64,000 nt of DNA from an uncultured Methylobacterium sp. (GCA_964242725.1 CAXTCV010000004.1:721-64720); one strand, 5' to 3'. Counted from the stretch's first letter, positions 42,486 to 52,688 are shown. A program made the numbers and translations. Notes: generated by a model not told the origin, from the sequence alone.

Positions 42486-44807
42486 TCAGGCCGCCATCGG
42501 CGCGTAGCGCTTGTGGCCCTTCACGTCGAAGCGGTCGAGCATCATGACCTTGTCCCAGACCCGGACGAAATCCGCCACGAACCGCCGTTGACCGTCACTG
42601 CCGGCATACGCATCGGCAATGGACCGCAGCTGCGCGTTCGATCCAAAGACGAGGTCGCTGCGCGTGGCCTCGAAGCGTGCCTCCCCGCTCGCGCGGTCCT
42701 TGAGCACGAAGGTCATTGCCTCGGCGTCGGCCTTCTCCCAGACGAGGTCGGTGTCGGTCACATTTTTAAAGAAGTCCGTCGTGAGGGCGCCGACGCGATC
42801 GGTGAAGACGCCCCGCTTCGACCCGTCGTAGTTGGCGTTCAACGCCCGCAGGCCGCCCGTCAGGACCGCCCATTCCGGGGCGGTGAGGGTCATCAGGTTG
42901 GCCTTGTCGAGGAACAGTTCCTCCGGCGCCACACTGCGGGTCATCTGTCCGAACCCGTCATCAACGAAGTTCCGGAACCCGTCCGTCACCGGCTTCAGCC
43001 ACTCGAACATCTCGATGTCGGTCAGCTCCTGCGTGGTGTCGACGCGCCCGGGGGTGAACGGCACCGTGACGGCGACGCCGGCATCCTGCGCGGCCTTCTC
43101 CACGCCGACGCAGCCGCCGAGCACGATGAGATCCGCGAGGGAGACCTGCTTGCCGTCGCCGCGCCCGTCGTTGAAGCGCGCCATCACCCCGCGCAGGGCC
43201 TCGACCACCGGCGCGGCGCGCCGGTTGACGGTCCAGTCCTTCTGCGGCGCGAGGGCGAGACGGCCGCCATTGGCGCCGCCACGCTTGTCGCTGTCGCGGT
43301 AGGTCGAGGCCGCCGAGAAGGCCGCGAAGGCCAGATCGGAGACCGACAGGCCGGTGGCGGCAATGGCCTGCTTCAGCGCGGCGATCTCCGCGTCACCGAT
43401 CGGCGCGTAGGCCGCGTCGGGGAGCGGGTCCTGCCACAGAAGCCCATCCTCGATCGTGACCTCCGGGCCGAGATAGCGGTGCTTCGGACCCATGTCGCGG
43501 TGCGTGAGTTTGTACCACGCCTTGGAGAAGGCCTGGGTGAAGGCATCGAAGTCGCCCAAAAACTTCTCGCAGACCTTGCGGTACTCCGGATCGACCTTGA
43601 GGGCGATGTCGGAGGTCATCATCATCAGCGGATGCGTCTGGCCTTCGACATGGGCGTCGGGGGTCCTGGGCGCATTCGGGTCCTTCGGCGTCCACTGGAG
43701 CGCGCCGGCCGGGCTCTTGGTCTGCTCCCACTCGAACTTGAAGAGGTTCTCCAGATATTCGTTGTCCCACTTGGTCGGGTCTTGCGTCCAGCTGCCCTCG
43801 ATGCCGTTGGTCATGGTGTCCTTGCCGGAGCCGGCGCCCTTCGGATTGTGCCAGCCGAGGCCCATCGCCTCCATCGGAGCCATCTCGGGGGGCGGCCCGA
43901 TCTCCTTGGCGGGCACCATGCCGTGGCTCTTGCCGAAGGCGTGACCGCCGGCGATCAGCGCCACCGTCTCCTCGTTGTTCATCGCCATGCGGCTGAAGGT
44001 GATCCGGATGTCGCGCGCCGAGGCCATCGGGTCACCGCTGGCATAGGGTCCCTCGGGGTTCACGTAGATCAGTGCCTGATGGGAGGCCGCGAGCGGGTTC
44101 TCCAGGTCATAGTCGGCGTCGCCGTTCTGGCCGAGCCAGCGCTTGTCGCGGTTGACCATGTCGTCGAAGCTCGACACCGTGCCCATGTCGACGACCTCGG
44201 GACCCCAGTAGGTGGCGTTGTCCGCCTCCCAGGCGTCGAGCCGGCCGCCGCCGAAGCCGTAGGTCGGCAGACCCATGATCTCCAGGGCGCAATTGCCGGT
44301 CAGGACCATGAGGTCGGCCCAGGACAGGGCGTTACCGTACTTGTGCTTGATCGGCTGCAGGAGGCGGCGCGACTTGTCGGTGTTGCCGTTGTCCCACCAG
44401 CTGCTGATCGGCGCGAAGCGCTGCATGCCCGTGCCGGCGCCGCCGCGCCCATCCGCGATCCGATAGGTTCCGGCAGAGTGCCAGGCCATGCGGATCATCT
44501 GCGGACCGTAATTGCCGTAGTCGGACGGCCACCAAGCCACCGACGAGGTCAGGAACTGCTTGATGTCGCGCTTGAGCGCGTCGAGGTCGATCTTATTGAA
44601 CTCGGCCGCGTAGTCGAAGTCCGGCCCGAGGGGATCGGCCGACACCCCGTTCTGGTGGAGGAGCTCGACCCTGAGGCGGTGGGGATACCAGTTCTCCAGC
44701 GCCGGTCGGCCGCCGAAAGCGCCGCCGATCCGGTCGCCTCCGAACGGGCACTTCCCTTCCATCTCGAAAGTCGTGGTATCGGTTTTGTCAATCGTCATTT
44801 CGTTCAT
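42486..44807 (-). CDS. katG: Catalase-peroxidase
   Basis: [40 protein letters not shown] and KVMMLDRFD motifs. Confidence 0.98.
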   Translation of the reverse strand: MNEMTIDKTDTTTFEMEGKCPFGGDRIGGAFGGRPALENWYPHRLRVELLHQNGVSADPLGPDFDYAAEFNKIDLDALKRDIKQFLTSSVAWWPSDYGNYGPQMIRMAWHSAGTYRIADGRGGAGTGMQRFAPISSWWDNGNTDKSRRLLQPIKHKYGNALSWADLMVLTGNCALEIMGLPTYGFGGGRLDAWEADNATYWGPEVVDMGTVSSFDDMVNRDKRWLGQNGDADYDLENPLAASHQALIYVNPEGPYASGDPMASARDIRITFSRMAMNNEETVALIAGGHAFGKSHGMVPAKEIGPPPEMAPMEAMGLGWHNPKGAGSGKDTMTNGIEGSWTQDPTKWDNEYLENLFKFEWEQTKSPAGALQWTPKDPNAPRTPDAHVEGQTHPLMMMTSDIALKVDPEYRKVCEKFLGDFDAFTQAFSKAWYKLTHRDMGPKHRYLGPEVTIEDGLLWQDPLPDAAYAPIGDAEIAALKQAIAATGLSVSDLAFAAFSAASTYRDSDKRGGANGGRLALAPQKDWTVNRRAAPVVEALRGVMARFNDGRGDGKQVSLADLIVLGGCVGVEKAAQDAGVAVTVPFTPGRVDTTQELTDIEMFEWLKPVTDGFRNFVDDGFGQMTRSVAPEELFLDKANLMTLTAPEWAVLTGGLRALNANYDGSKRGVFTDRVGALTTDFFKNVTDTDLVWEKADAEAMTFVLKDRASGEARFEATRSDLVFGSNAQLRSIADAYAGSDGQRRFVADFVRVWDKVMMLDRFDVKGHKRYAPMAA

Positions 44808-45126
44808 CGAAATCTCACTTGCTATCGAATGACTGCGGTCGATTTGGCTGGCCTGACCCACATTGCGGTCTGCGACCTGCCCTCGCTGCAATCGCTCGAG
44901 CTGACCTTCGGTCCGACCCATGAAATATGGCTGCGGCACCCGAGGTCGAGGTCACGCCCGAAGATTTGTATCCGCGGCCGTCGTCGAGCGGGCCTGCCGT
45001 CAGCGGAGCCCGAGCGAAATCCGGACCCAGGCCTACGGATGGCCGGCCCGACTGCGGCCACTCCCCCGCCGGATCCGATCTCCGCGCCCTCAGAAGGACA
45101 GGTTGCGTACTCGGCGCGGAACCTGC

Positions 45127-46362
45127 TCAGCCCGGCTGACCAAGCGGCCTGCGCAAGCGCTGCGCCGAAAGGGCCGCCGTCAGCTCGGCCTCGAACTCGG
45201 ACAGCGCGCCGTATCGGCTGAGCTTGTGGCGGTACGCGAAGGACCATCGCCCGTCGTCGCCCCGCTCCATCGCGCCCCCGCGCAGTCCGTCGATGAAGGT
45301 GTTGAACCGCTCCCGCTCGGCCGTCACCAGCCGCAGCGTCGTGGCGCGCACGGAGTCCGGCGGCGGAGCCCGAGCCTTCATCGCCGCGACCCCGTCCTGA
45401 ACGGACCGCGGATCGTCATCGACCACCAGCGTCGTGTCGGGATGCGAGAAGTGATCCCGGCCGCCCTTGCTCCGCGTCGTGACCACGGGAAGTCCGGCCA
45501 GCAGGTACTCGATGCTGGCGTACATGGCCCCCTCGATCCGGGAGAGGCACAGGCCGACATGCGCCGAGGCCATGGCAGCGTTCACCGCCACATGGTCCAT
45601 GGGCACGACATCGTCCGGCGTCCGCGCATTGAGGATGACGTGCCCCCGCGGCAGGGACTGGACGAACCCGTCGAGCTGCGCCCGCTTCAGGCGGGGCGAC
45701 CATGTCTCGAACAGCTTCGCGACATAGGCGCAGCTGGGCACGGTCCGGGCCAGCGCGTGGCGTTTGATCGGCGCGATCTGCGCGTTGTAGATCGCGTCGA
45801 ACTGCCGGGGCCGACCGGGCATCGGGACGTACATCGACTCGTCGACGAACATGTTCTGCGGCGCGAGATGGACATCGACGCCGAGACTGCGCAGCAGCCG
45901 CTCCTCTCCCGGCGTGTTGGCGAGGACGATGAGCCGGGCACGGGGGTGCGCGATCCGGAAGCGGCGGTGCTGGACGGCCAGGGACACCGCGAAAGCCGCG
46001 CGTTCGAGGCTGTGCGTCAGCGGATGCAGGAAGATGAACGGAACGTCCGGGAATCGTGCCGCCATATGATGGGTGACCCCGAAGGGCTTGGGCCGCGGCT
46101 GACAGCAGAAGATCGGCGGATCGTGGCTGAGGAACAGGCCCGGCACGATCGTCTCGGGGGGCAGATCCTGCGGCGGGCGGACGAACAGGTCGACCAGTCC
46201 GGACAGGTCGCCGAGGACGGGGACATCGAACAGATAGGGGTTGCGCAGGGCGTCCCATCCGAACCGGCCGGACCGATCGGATGCGTCGCAGTCACCCTCT
46301 GACCCGCCGCGCCGTTGCACGAACGCGGGGTGGCGCAGAGCCGCAAGGGGCGGTTCGCTCAT
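45127..46362 (-). CDS. Putative glycosyltransferase (GT-B-like)
   Basis: KRH..A and GLCLSRIEGAMYASIEYLLAGLPVVTT (E-x7-E); start uncertain. Confidence 0.75.
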   Translation of the reverse strand: MSEPPLAALRHPAFVQRRGGSEGDCDASDRSGRFGWDALRNPYLFDVPVLGDLSGLVDLFVRPPQDLPPETIVPGLFLSHDPPIFCCQPRPKPFGVTHHMAARFPDVPFIFLHPLTHSLERAAFAVSLAVQHRRFRIAHPRARLIVLANTPGEERLLRSLGVDVHLAPQNMFVDESMYVPMPGRPRQFDAIYNAQIAPIKRHALARTVPSCAYVAKLFETWSPRLKRAQLDGFVQSLPRGHVILNARTPDDVVPMDHVAVNAAMASAHVGLCLSRIEGAMYASIEYLLAGLPVVTTRSKGGRDHFSHPDTTLVVDDDPRSVQDGVAAMKARAPPPDSVRATTLRLVTAERERFNTFIDGLRGGAMERGDDGRWSFAYRHKLSRYGALSEFEAELTAALSAQRLRRPLGQPG

Positions 46363-46575
46363 CTGTTGTGTGCCTGATGGAGGGGGCGTCAGGGCCGTCT
46401 ATCGGCGCGCACCGGCGGGTCGGACCGCCGGAACGGCAGGGCATCGAAGGGGTCGGTCCGGCCCCGCCGTCGAACACGCGTCATCGGATCGGATCCGTCG
46501 CTGCTGCGGCGGATCCTCGCCCTCAAGCTTACGCAGACCTTACGGCGTGCCGGTCAGGACGCGGCGAGAACAAGG

Positions 46576-46890
46576 TCATTTGAAGGCCAGGTTTCTGGCC
46601 AGCAATAATGGCGGCTCCGTCATGCGCTCTTGACTGAACCTCATGGTCGCGACCGCCCCGCCGTCCGGCGCGTTGCGCAGCTCCAGCCGCCCGCCATGCG
46701 CCGTCCTGACGTGGAGGCCGCCGAGCCGGGCCCGGTCGAGGATCTGCTCGACGAGGCGCTCCATGCCGCTCAGATCCTCCATGATCGGACGCGCGACCGC
46801 ACGGCCGGCCATGACCATCTGGGTCTTCATGACGGCGAGCGGCATGTGCAACTCGTGCGCGACGTCCCCGACGAATTGCTCCAGGACGAG
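46576..46890 (-). pseudogene. Sensor histidine kinase remnant
   Basis: H-box FVGDVAHELHMPLA and LVEQILDRARL joined directly to the terminal HGGRLELRNAPDGGA; the N, G1 and G2 boxes and the sensor part are missing. Confidence 0.8.
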
Positions 46891-47207
46891 GCAGCCCTGC
46901 TGCGCTTGCGCGGGTAGTCGTCGGCGCCGCCGTCGAGGGCGTCGATCAGCGCCTCGGTGCTGTCCCGCGCGGGCAGGACCAGGATCGGGCAGCCGGGCCG
47001 GCCTCCGCCCCTGCTGGGCAGGCGCGTCATGCCATCGCGATCCGGCAACCCGAGGTCCAGGATGACGGCATCGTAGGCCGCCGTCGCCAGCGCGGCTTCC
47101 GCATCCTCGCCGGTCCTGACCCAGTCGACGACGGAGCCGTAAACGCGCAGGGCATCGCCGATCAGCGCGCCCAGCCGGCGGTTATCCGCGAGCAAAAGAA
47201 TGCGCCC
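46891..47207 (-). pseudogene. OmpR-family response regulator remnant
   Basis: RILLLADN...YDAVILDLGLPDRDG...LDGGADDY; the expected start codon reads GGG and there is no winged-helix domain. Confidence 0.8.
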
Positions 47208-47381
47208 CTGCGTCTGCGGACCTCAGCACGGATTGCGGTCGGTGTTCGAACGCATCGGGGGAAGCGGTCTACCTCCGAACCTGCGGATTACGATTCAGAG
47301 CGCGCGCCGATAGTGGATACCACGCCGTGCGGGATTGCCGACTCAAAGGGTTTTCCAAGTCGGCACGGCACGTTGCGTCAA

Positions 47382-47684
47382 TCAGGCGCTCCCGATCAGA
47401 ATGCCGGTCGCGAGGATCAGCGCACCGCCGAACATCATCTTCGCAGCCGCCGAGAAGGGCGGCGTGTCCATGTACCGCCACTGGATATAGGCGATCGCCA
47501 GCAGTTCGAAGACCACGACGAGACCGGCCACGATGGTCGCCGTCAGGAAGTCGGGGATGAGATACGGGATCGTGTGACCGATGCCGCCCGCGATGGTCAT
47601 CAGCCCGCAGACCACGCCGCGCAGCAGCGGCGTGCCTCGCCCGGACAGCTTGCCGTCATCGGCCAAGGCCTCGGCGAAGCCCAT
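47382..47684 (-). pseudogene. mbfA: C-terminal fragment of the iron exporter MbfA (VIT1/CCC1 domain)
   Basis: MGFAEALADDGKLSGRG..GGIGHTIPYLIP..IQWRYMDTP..GILIGS; the ferritin-like domain and first TM segments are absent. Confidence 0.8.
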
Positions 47685-48237
47685 CCGGCAGCATGCGGCG
47701 CAGGATCGTGTCGTGCCACAGGTAATGGTGCACCAACGCCGCCGCGGCGTGGAACAGGGCCAGGGCCATCAGGATGTTGGCCGCCAAGCCGTGCCATTGC
47801 GTCAAAGGCCGGCGCCACGCGGGGTCGCCGAGCTGCGGCAGGGCAAGGGACCCGACGAGCGGGACACCCCGCACGACGGCGTTGGCGATGCCGAGGCCGA
47901 CGACGGCGAACAGCAGCACATAGAGGGCCACCTGCGTGGCCTTCGCCAGACGGTGAAGGGGACCCGGATCCGCGACCGGCAGGCTGCGGCCCCGCGTCCG
48001 TCGCCACACGACGAGCCCGACGATCAGGGCGGCAACGGCGAAGCCGACATCGAAATGCGCCGACCAGATGCTTGAGCGCAGGGTGCCCTTGGGGAGGAGA
48101 TCTTCGAGGAACGTGCCGATCAACCAGAGGATCAGCACGAGGACGGCGGTCAGCCAGTGAAGGGCGATCGTGCCACGGTCGTAGGTCGCGGCGCCCGGCG
48201 CGGCCCGCTGGACGGAGATCGTCGGGTTCGCGCTCAT
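47656..48237 (-). CDS. Cytochrome b561 (YceJ/YodB-like)
   Basis: IALHWLTA, AHFDVG, WHGLAA and FHAAAALVHHY...LRRMLP motifs; ATGA overlap with the upstream ORF. Confidence 0.9.
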   Translation of the reverse strand: MSANPTISVQRAAPGAATYDRGTIALHWLTAVLVLILWLIGTFLEDLLPKGTLRSSIWSAHFDVGFAVAALIVGLVVWRRTRGRSLPVADPGPLHRLAKATQVALYVLLFAVVGLGIANAVVRGVPLVGSLALPQLGDPAWRRPLTQWHGLAANILMALALFHAAAALVHHYLWHDTILRRMLPDGLRRGLGR

Positions 48238-48548
48238 CGCGGCATCTCCGCTGCGGCCGTCTCGGGGTGTGGCGGCACGGATCGAGCCTCCGCGCCACCG
48301 GCTGCGGACGGCTGGCGTGGCAGGATGCGGCGGCCCTTCGCGCTCAGGAACCACAGTCCCGGCACCTCGCGGCCGGTTCGACCGGGCAGTCTCGGCCTCA
48401 CGAGCCCGCGTTCGAGCAGGGAGCGCACGGTCCGCATCTCCCAGGGCCCGAGCGAATGTAGCGATCCCTCCGCACCCAGGCGCTGCAACATCGTCCGCTG
48501 TCCCGGGGTGAGGGCGCGCCAAGCTTGGGCTGCGACGTGGTCGGTCAT
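48234..48548 (-). CDS. Hypothetical protein, possible winged helix
   Basis: LTPGQR..L, SLLERGLV and LSAKGRRIL pattern; translationally coupled to cytochrome b561. Confidence 0.65.
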   Translation of the reverse strand: MTDHVAAQAWRALTPGQRTMLQRLGAEGSLHSLGPWEMRTVRSLLERGLVRPRLPGRTGREVPGLWFLSAKGRRILPRQPSAAGGAEARSVPPHPETAAAEMPR

Positions 48549-48553
48549 CTTAG

Positions 48554-48570
48554 ATTGGAATTAGTCTAAA
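48554..48570. promoter_or_regulatory. Iron control element (Irr box)
   Basis: ATTGGAATTAGTCTAAA matches the ICE consensus TTTRGAAYNRTTCYAAA at 15/17, 5 nt from the operon's first ATG. Confidence 0.75.
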
Positions 48571-48927
48571 GTTACCCGGGCGTGCAAGGGGGCGTCAGGC
48601 CGCGCGCTGGACGGTCGGCGCCGCGAACCCGCGTCATGGCCCGGATCGGCCGGAATTTCGGTCTCGGCCGCTTTTGGGAATTCGGGGCTGCGCTGCCTCT
48701 GGAGCGAGTATCATCTCTGCCGGCAAGGCTGCGTGGCGCTTGCCCTGAGCGATCCTCAGTCATTCGACGTGCAGCGAAGCAATCCGCAACCGAATGTCTA
48801 CCAGCCTCGGCTCAGCCCACGTCCACTAAATTCGGTTTCATTATTCGATCCCGTCAGTTTCTGCCGAACTGAGGGGCGGGGCGCCGGACATGTCGGGACA
48901 TTGACTTCTCCCGGGGGGGCCGCGGCC

Positions 48928-48953
48928 GGAACGCTCCGCTCCCGCTCGGTGTT
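48928..48953 (+). promoter_or_regulatory. Putative sigma-EcfG promoter of the His-rich gene
   Basis: GGAAC-N17-TGTT about 70 nt upstream of the ATG at 49023. Confidence 0.6.
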
Positions 48954-49022
48954 TCAGACCGCGTCACGGCCATCGACCCGGTCATGAGGGCCGCCGGCGC
49001 CGTTCCTGAAAGGATCCCGTCA

Positions 49023-49409
49023 ATGGACAAGACAGTCGCTGGCCTGATCGGAGCCGTCACGCTCCTGGCCGCCGTCGACCCGGCGCGCGCCGCCATGCCG
49101 GCCCCGACCGGCCTGAAGGCGGCCATGCAGGCCGAGAGCTACGCCGACCTGCTGAAGCCGATTCCCGACGCGGTGGCGCTCCTGAAGGAATCCGACGCGG
49201 CCGAGGCGAAGGCCGAGTTGTTAGCGCCCGCCACCGAGGGCGAGGCGACGGTCCAGGAGGCTCAGTACTACTACCATCACCACCATCATCATCATCACCG
49301 CTTCTACCGTCGCTTCTACCACCACCATCACCACCACCACCGGTTCTTCCGGCGGTTCCACCACCATCACCATCATCACCACGGCTACTTCCGCCCCTAC
49401 GGCTACTGA
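49023..49409 (+). CDS. Secreted poly-histidine precursor-like protein, 128 aa
   Basis: AAGGA RBS, signal peptide (PARA), acidic pro-region, then AQ-YYY-H8-RFYRRFY-H7-RFFRRF-H8-GYFRPYGY. Confidence 0.88.
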   Translation: MDKTVAGLIGAVTLLAAVDPARAAMPAPTGLKAAMQAESYADLLKPIPDAVALLKESDAAEAKAELLAPATEGEATVQEAQYYYHHHHHHHHRFYRRFYHHHHHHHRFFRRFHHHHHHHHGYFRPYGY

Positions 49410-49417
49410 GCAGCCGG

Positions 49418-49447
49418 CCGCGGGGAGGCGCGCGCGCCTCCTCGCGG
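49418..49447. terminator. GC-rich hairpin between convergent genes
   Basis: CCGCGGGGAGGCG...CGCCTCCTCGCGG stem. Confidence 0.5.
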
Positions 49448-49451
49448 TCCG

Positions 49452-50165
49452 TCACCGCGTGGTCTTCGCCGCGCCCAGGATGCGCCGGTAGGTCCCATCG
49501 AACACGGTGTTGGTCGCCGAAGTCCATTGCGAATCCGACGCCAGAGTCGACCGGCTGGCATAGATCCGCCGGGACTGCAGTTCGCGCTCGGCGGCCTCCT
49601 CCTCGGGCATGGGCACGAGTTCGAAATCCGCCTCCGCCGGCACCACGGTCACCTGCATGAACGGCTCGCCCGGCCGGAACACGTGGGTGCGCCCCTCGTC
49701 TGGCGACTTGAAGACCATGAAATACATCATCGGCCACCAGTTCCGCAGGAGCGCCGGCACCGCGACCGGAACGGTCCCGGTCCGGTCGGTGTAGAAGCGG
49801 GGATGGGTCTCGGTCTTGATCGCCCAGCCGTCCTCCACCTTCAGGTCGAGGAGGATCTGATAGGTGTAATAGGCATCGCCGAAGGTCCGGAACGGCGGCC
49901 ATTGCATGCCGGGCTCCGGCGGTTCGCCGAGATCGCCCTCGAAGACGAGCGCCCCGTCACGGGTGCTGACGCGCAATTCGGCATCGTAGGGGTAGAACAG
50001 CTCGATCCCCGCTTTGGCCGCTTCCGAGAACGGCAGGCAGTGCCATGCATATTCCTGCGACCCGTCGGTGCGGGGCTCCGGGTCGCCCGCCCAACCGGGG
50101 ATCTCGAGCCGCGTGCGCCGCGGGCGCAGGCCCGGCTCCACCAACCTGAACTTGACGTGTCGCAT
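49452..50165 (-). CDS. Hypothetical protein, DUF6065-like
   Basis: AWHCLPFSEA..GIEL and FRPGEPFMQV..VP motifs; strong coding bias. Family recalled, not searched. Confidence 0.65.
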   Translation of the reverse strand: MRHVKFRLVEPGLRPRRTRLEIPGWAGDPEPRTDGSQEYAWHCLPFSEAAKAGIELFYPYDAELRVSTRDGALVFEGDLGEPPEPGMQWPPFRTFGDAYYTYQILLDLKVEDGWAIKTETHPRFYTDRTGTVPVAVPALLRNWWPMMYFMVFKSPDEGRTHVFRPGEPFMQVTVVPAEADFELVPMPEEEAAERELQSRRIYASRSTLASDSQWTSATNTVFDGTYRRILGAAKTTR

Positions 50166-50376
50166 GCCAGCCGTCCCGACGAGTCCGGTCCCCGTAACGT
50201 CCTGCGGGTCGAGAGGGTTCAGCGTTCGGCTTGCGGCGGGCAGCGGCTCAGACCCCGGCCGTGATCACGGGGGTGCCGCCGATCACAGGGAGCGCTCCCG
50301 GCGCGGGCAACCTGACCACGGTCCCGGTGCCGACATCCGGCAGCGTGCGCCGGTTCGCGCGCGCGTTCGCCCGCGC

Positions 50377-50643
50377 TCAGGCCGCGTTCGGAGCGGAAGG
50401 CACGTCGCTCGCGTGCTGGGCCCATTCGCAGGGCGGGATGAGCCCATGATAGACCGCGATCTCCAGCTGAAGCATCCTGCGACACCCATCGGACAGGTCG
50501 GGAAGAATGTCGCAGCCCTCCTGATCGATCGCCGTCCTGATGAATATGAAAGGACGGGCCTCTTCGTACGAGACCAGTACTTCGCGCTCCGCATACGGAT
50601 TTAGCGGATCAATACAGTAATGAGCCGGCATCAGAGCATCCAT
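50377..50643 (-). CDS. Small hypothetical protein
   Basis: 88 aa with globular composition and 4 Cys; lower GC than its neighbours. Confidence 0.6.
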   Translation of the reverse strand: MDALMPAHYCIDPLNPYAEREVLVSYEEARPFIFIRTAIDQEGCDILPDLSDGCRRMLQLEIAVYHGLIPPCEWAQHASDVPSAPNAA

Positions 50644-50759
50644 ACGCACGCGACGCACCCTGAATAGATTGAAATCGCCGCAGGAGCAGCCCGATGGAAA
50701 GTGCGGATCGGTCCGGAGGGCGCTTGCTTTATGGTCCGGTTGGACGTGTGCGCGGCGCC

Positions 50760-51017
50760 TCAGAGATCGACGGATACGTCAGTGCGCGTGGTGGGCATGA
50801 CCGCGTAAGCCGTCGGGAATTCGGCGCGCAGGGCCCACAGGGCCGAGCGGATCGCGCCCCGCACCTGAGCCGATGCGCCCTGCGCCTCGGCTTGGGCGCG
50901 GAGGTCCTGCAGCGCGCGCAGGAGCTCTGTCCTCTCCGGGGCGCCCGGCAAGCCGTGATCGGTCGTAAGCAGGGTCAGCAGGGCCCGGCCAAGCGGATCC
51001 GCGAACAGCGTCGACAT
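50760..51017 (-). CDS. Small hypothetical helical protein
   Basis: AGGAAGG RBS before MSTLFADPLG. Confidence 0.65.
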   Translation of the reverse strand: MSTLFADPLGRALLTLLTTDHGLPGAPERTELLRALQDLRAQAEAQGASAQVRGAIRSALWALRAEFPTAYAVMPTTRTDVSVDL

Positions 51018-51259
51018 GTCGGCCTTCCTGGTCAGTCTGTCGCGCTGCATGGGCGTCCAATACACTCGGGACGCCGTAAAGCGACCGCTGGCGGACGTAT
51101 AGAGCGTAGCCGTTACGGAGTCTGAGCCAGCCGCCGTTGCGCGGAGGCCGGCACGACCGGCCTGCGTCCGGGCCGGGAACGCCGGCTGCGCGCATGGTCG
51201 GTTGCCGGAATGCTCATGCCGTCGGGCCTCACGGCCGCGGTGCATCCACAGGCCGATCA

Positions 51260-51284
51260 GGAACCCGTCGACCCGGTTCGTGTT
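51260..51284 (+). promoter_or_regulatory. Putative sigma-EcfG promoter
   Basis: GGAAC-N16-TGTT about 32 nt upstream of the ATG at 51317. Confidence 0.6.
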
Positions 51285-51316
51285 GGACCCACAACGCAAA
51301 AGCGAAGGGTTGATCG

Positions 51317-51586
51317 ATGCGTAAGCTGGTACTCATCTCCGCCGTGGCGCTGAGCCTCGGGACCGCCGGCGCAAGCGGCGCTCAGGCGCAGGGTTATGGC
51401 TATGGCGGCCACCGCGACGGGTACGGCCACGGCTACGGCCGGAACCGGGATTACGGCGACCGCCGCCACCGCGGCCTCTCAACGGGTGCCGCAGTCGGCC
51501 TCGGGATTGCCGGCGCCGCGGCCGGTGCCGCGGCTGCGGGGGCCTTCGACCGCGGCAGTCCGGGCTATTACGGCCGCGGCTACTGA
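51317..51586 (+). CDS. Secreted Gly/Tyr/Arg-rich small protein
   Basis: Signal peptide (AQAQ), GYG repeats, glycine-zipper-like GAAVGLGIAGAAAG. Confidence 0.85.
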   Translation: MRKLVLISAVALSLGTAGASGAQAQGYGYGGHRDGYGHGYGRNRDYGDRRHRGLSTGAAVGLGIAGAAAGAAAAGAFDRGSPGYYGRGY

Positions 51587-51609
51587 GACCTGCCTCCTGT
51601 AACGACCGC

Positions 51610-51643
51610 AAGCCCTGCCGCACCCGCGCGGCAGGGCTTCTTC
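51610..51643 (+). terminator. Rho-independent terminator
   Basis: 12-bp stem AAGCCCTGCCGC / GCGGCAGGGCTT followed by CTTC. Confidence 0.7.
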
Positions 51644-51731
51644 ATGGGCGGTAGACCGGCGGTCCGAAACGGCTTCGCCCTGGCGGCGCCGGCCGCAATC
51701 CTTCGGGGCGCGGCTGGGGTCGCGCGCCTAC

Positions 51732-52688
51732 CTACCGGAACTGCCGCCCGATCCATTGGCGCAGGGTCGGCCGGACCGCGCGCCGCGCGCGCCGCTCCGC
51801 GAACGCGTCGATGCGGATCCGATCGGTCGGAACTTGGCGCAGGAAGCGTTCGGCGATCTCGAAGATCACCACGTCGGGCCGGGTCGCCTCGATATAGGCC
51901 CAGTCGAGATTGGCCGACCAGATCGCGTGGACCTCGCCGAACGTCTCGGCCAGCATGGCGGTGAGGCGCGCCCCCGGGCTGTAGATGTACGAATCGCCGA
52001 ACAGCACCACCCGGCGCGGATCCGGAGCAGCGGGGTTCTTCATCACGACGCGCGACCCCACGAACAGGCCGCGCCGTCGGATCACCTGTCCGGTCTCGCG
52101 CGCCTGGACGAGCGCGTTCGCGTCGACCCGTTCGGCGCGGCGCGGGAAGTCGTAGGCGACGTAGGCTTCATCGATGGGGGGCTGGAGCTTCTCGCCGAGA
52201 TCGAAGGTGAAGCGCTCGCATGTCTGCGTGCCCGCGAAGACATGATCGGCCACCGGCGCGTCCAGGGCCTTGCACAGGGCGCGGTAGGCCGTGAGATACC
52301 CGCGATACGTCCAGTGCGTGTCCGTCCGCAGATAGACCGGCTCGTCGACCCGCGCCGCCCGTAGGGGCGCGAGCAAGTCGACCATCGGGGCGCGGCCGTC
52401 CTCCGCCAGAAGGCGCGCGAGGCGCATGCCGGGTGGGTCGTCGAGACCCGGAAAGGCGCGGCCGAGCGCGGCGGGATAGACGGCCAGCTTGTCGGGTACG
52501 ACAGCGTGGACGTGCCGGATCCCGAGCCCGTCCAGGCGGCGGGCCCGCCGGTTGATCAGCCGCGCCCACCGTCGGAGGATCCGGCGCGACAGGGCGGTGT
52601 CACCGTAGAATTTTTCGACCTCCCCGGCCCGCCCGACCCAATAGAGCCAGCCGTCCCGCCCCACGGCCACCCCATTGCCGCTCGTCAT
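51732..52688 (-). CDS. AlgJ/AlgX-like SGNH O-acetyltransferase domain protein
   Basis: GRDGWLY, VPDK, RTDTHWT, FGDSY and EIAERFL motifs. Confidence 0.85.
   Translation of the reverse strand: MTSGNGVAVGRDGWLYWVGRAGEVEKFYGDTALSRRILRRWARLINRRARRLDGLGIRHVHAVVPDKLAVYPAALGRAFPGLDDPPGMRLARLLAEDGRAPMVDLLAPLRAARVDEPVYLRTDTHWTYRGYLTAYRALCKALDAPVADHVFAGTQTCERFTFDLGEKLQPPIDEAYVAYDFPRRAERVDANALVQARETGQVIRRRGLFVGSRVVMKNPAAPDPRRVVLFGDSYIYSPGARLTAMLAETFGEVHAIWSANLDWAYIEATRPDVVIFEIAERFLRQVPTDRIRIDAFAERRARRAVRPTLRQWIGRQFR

Noticed and set aside
42315-45221. 968-aa ORF antisense to katG, and similar long antisense ORFs over PBP1A, mqo, the CoA-transferase and the photolyase
   Set aside because: Same shadow effect; the real genes carry clear family motifs.
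49270-49385. CAC/CAT tract as a microsatellite, contingency locus or CRISPR-like array
   Set aside because: It is in-frame coding sequence with mixed synonymous codons and no repeat-spacer structure.
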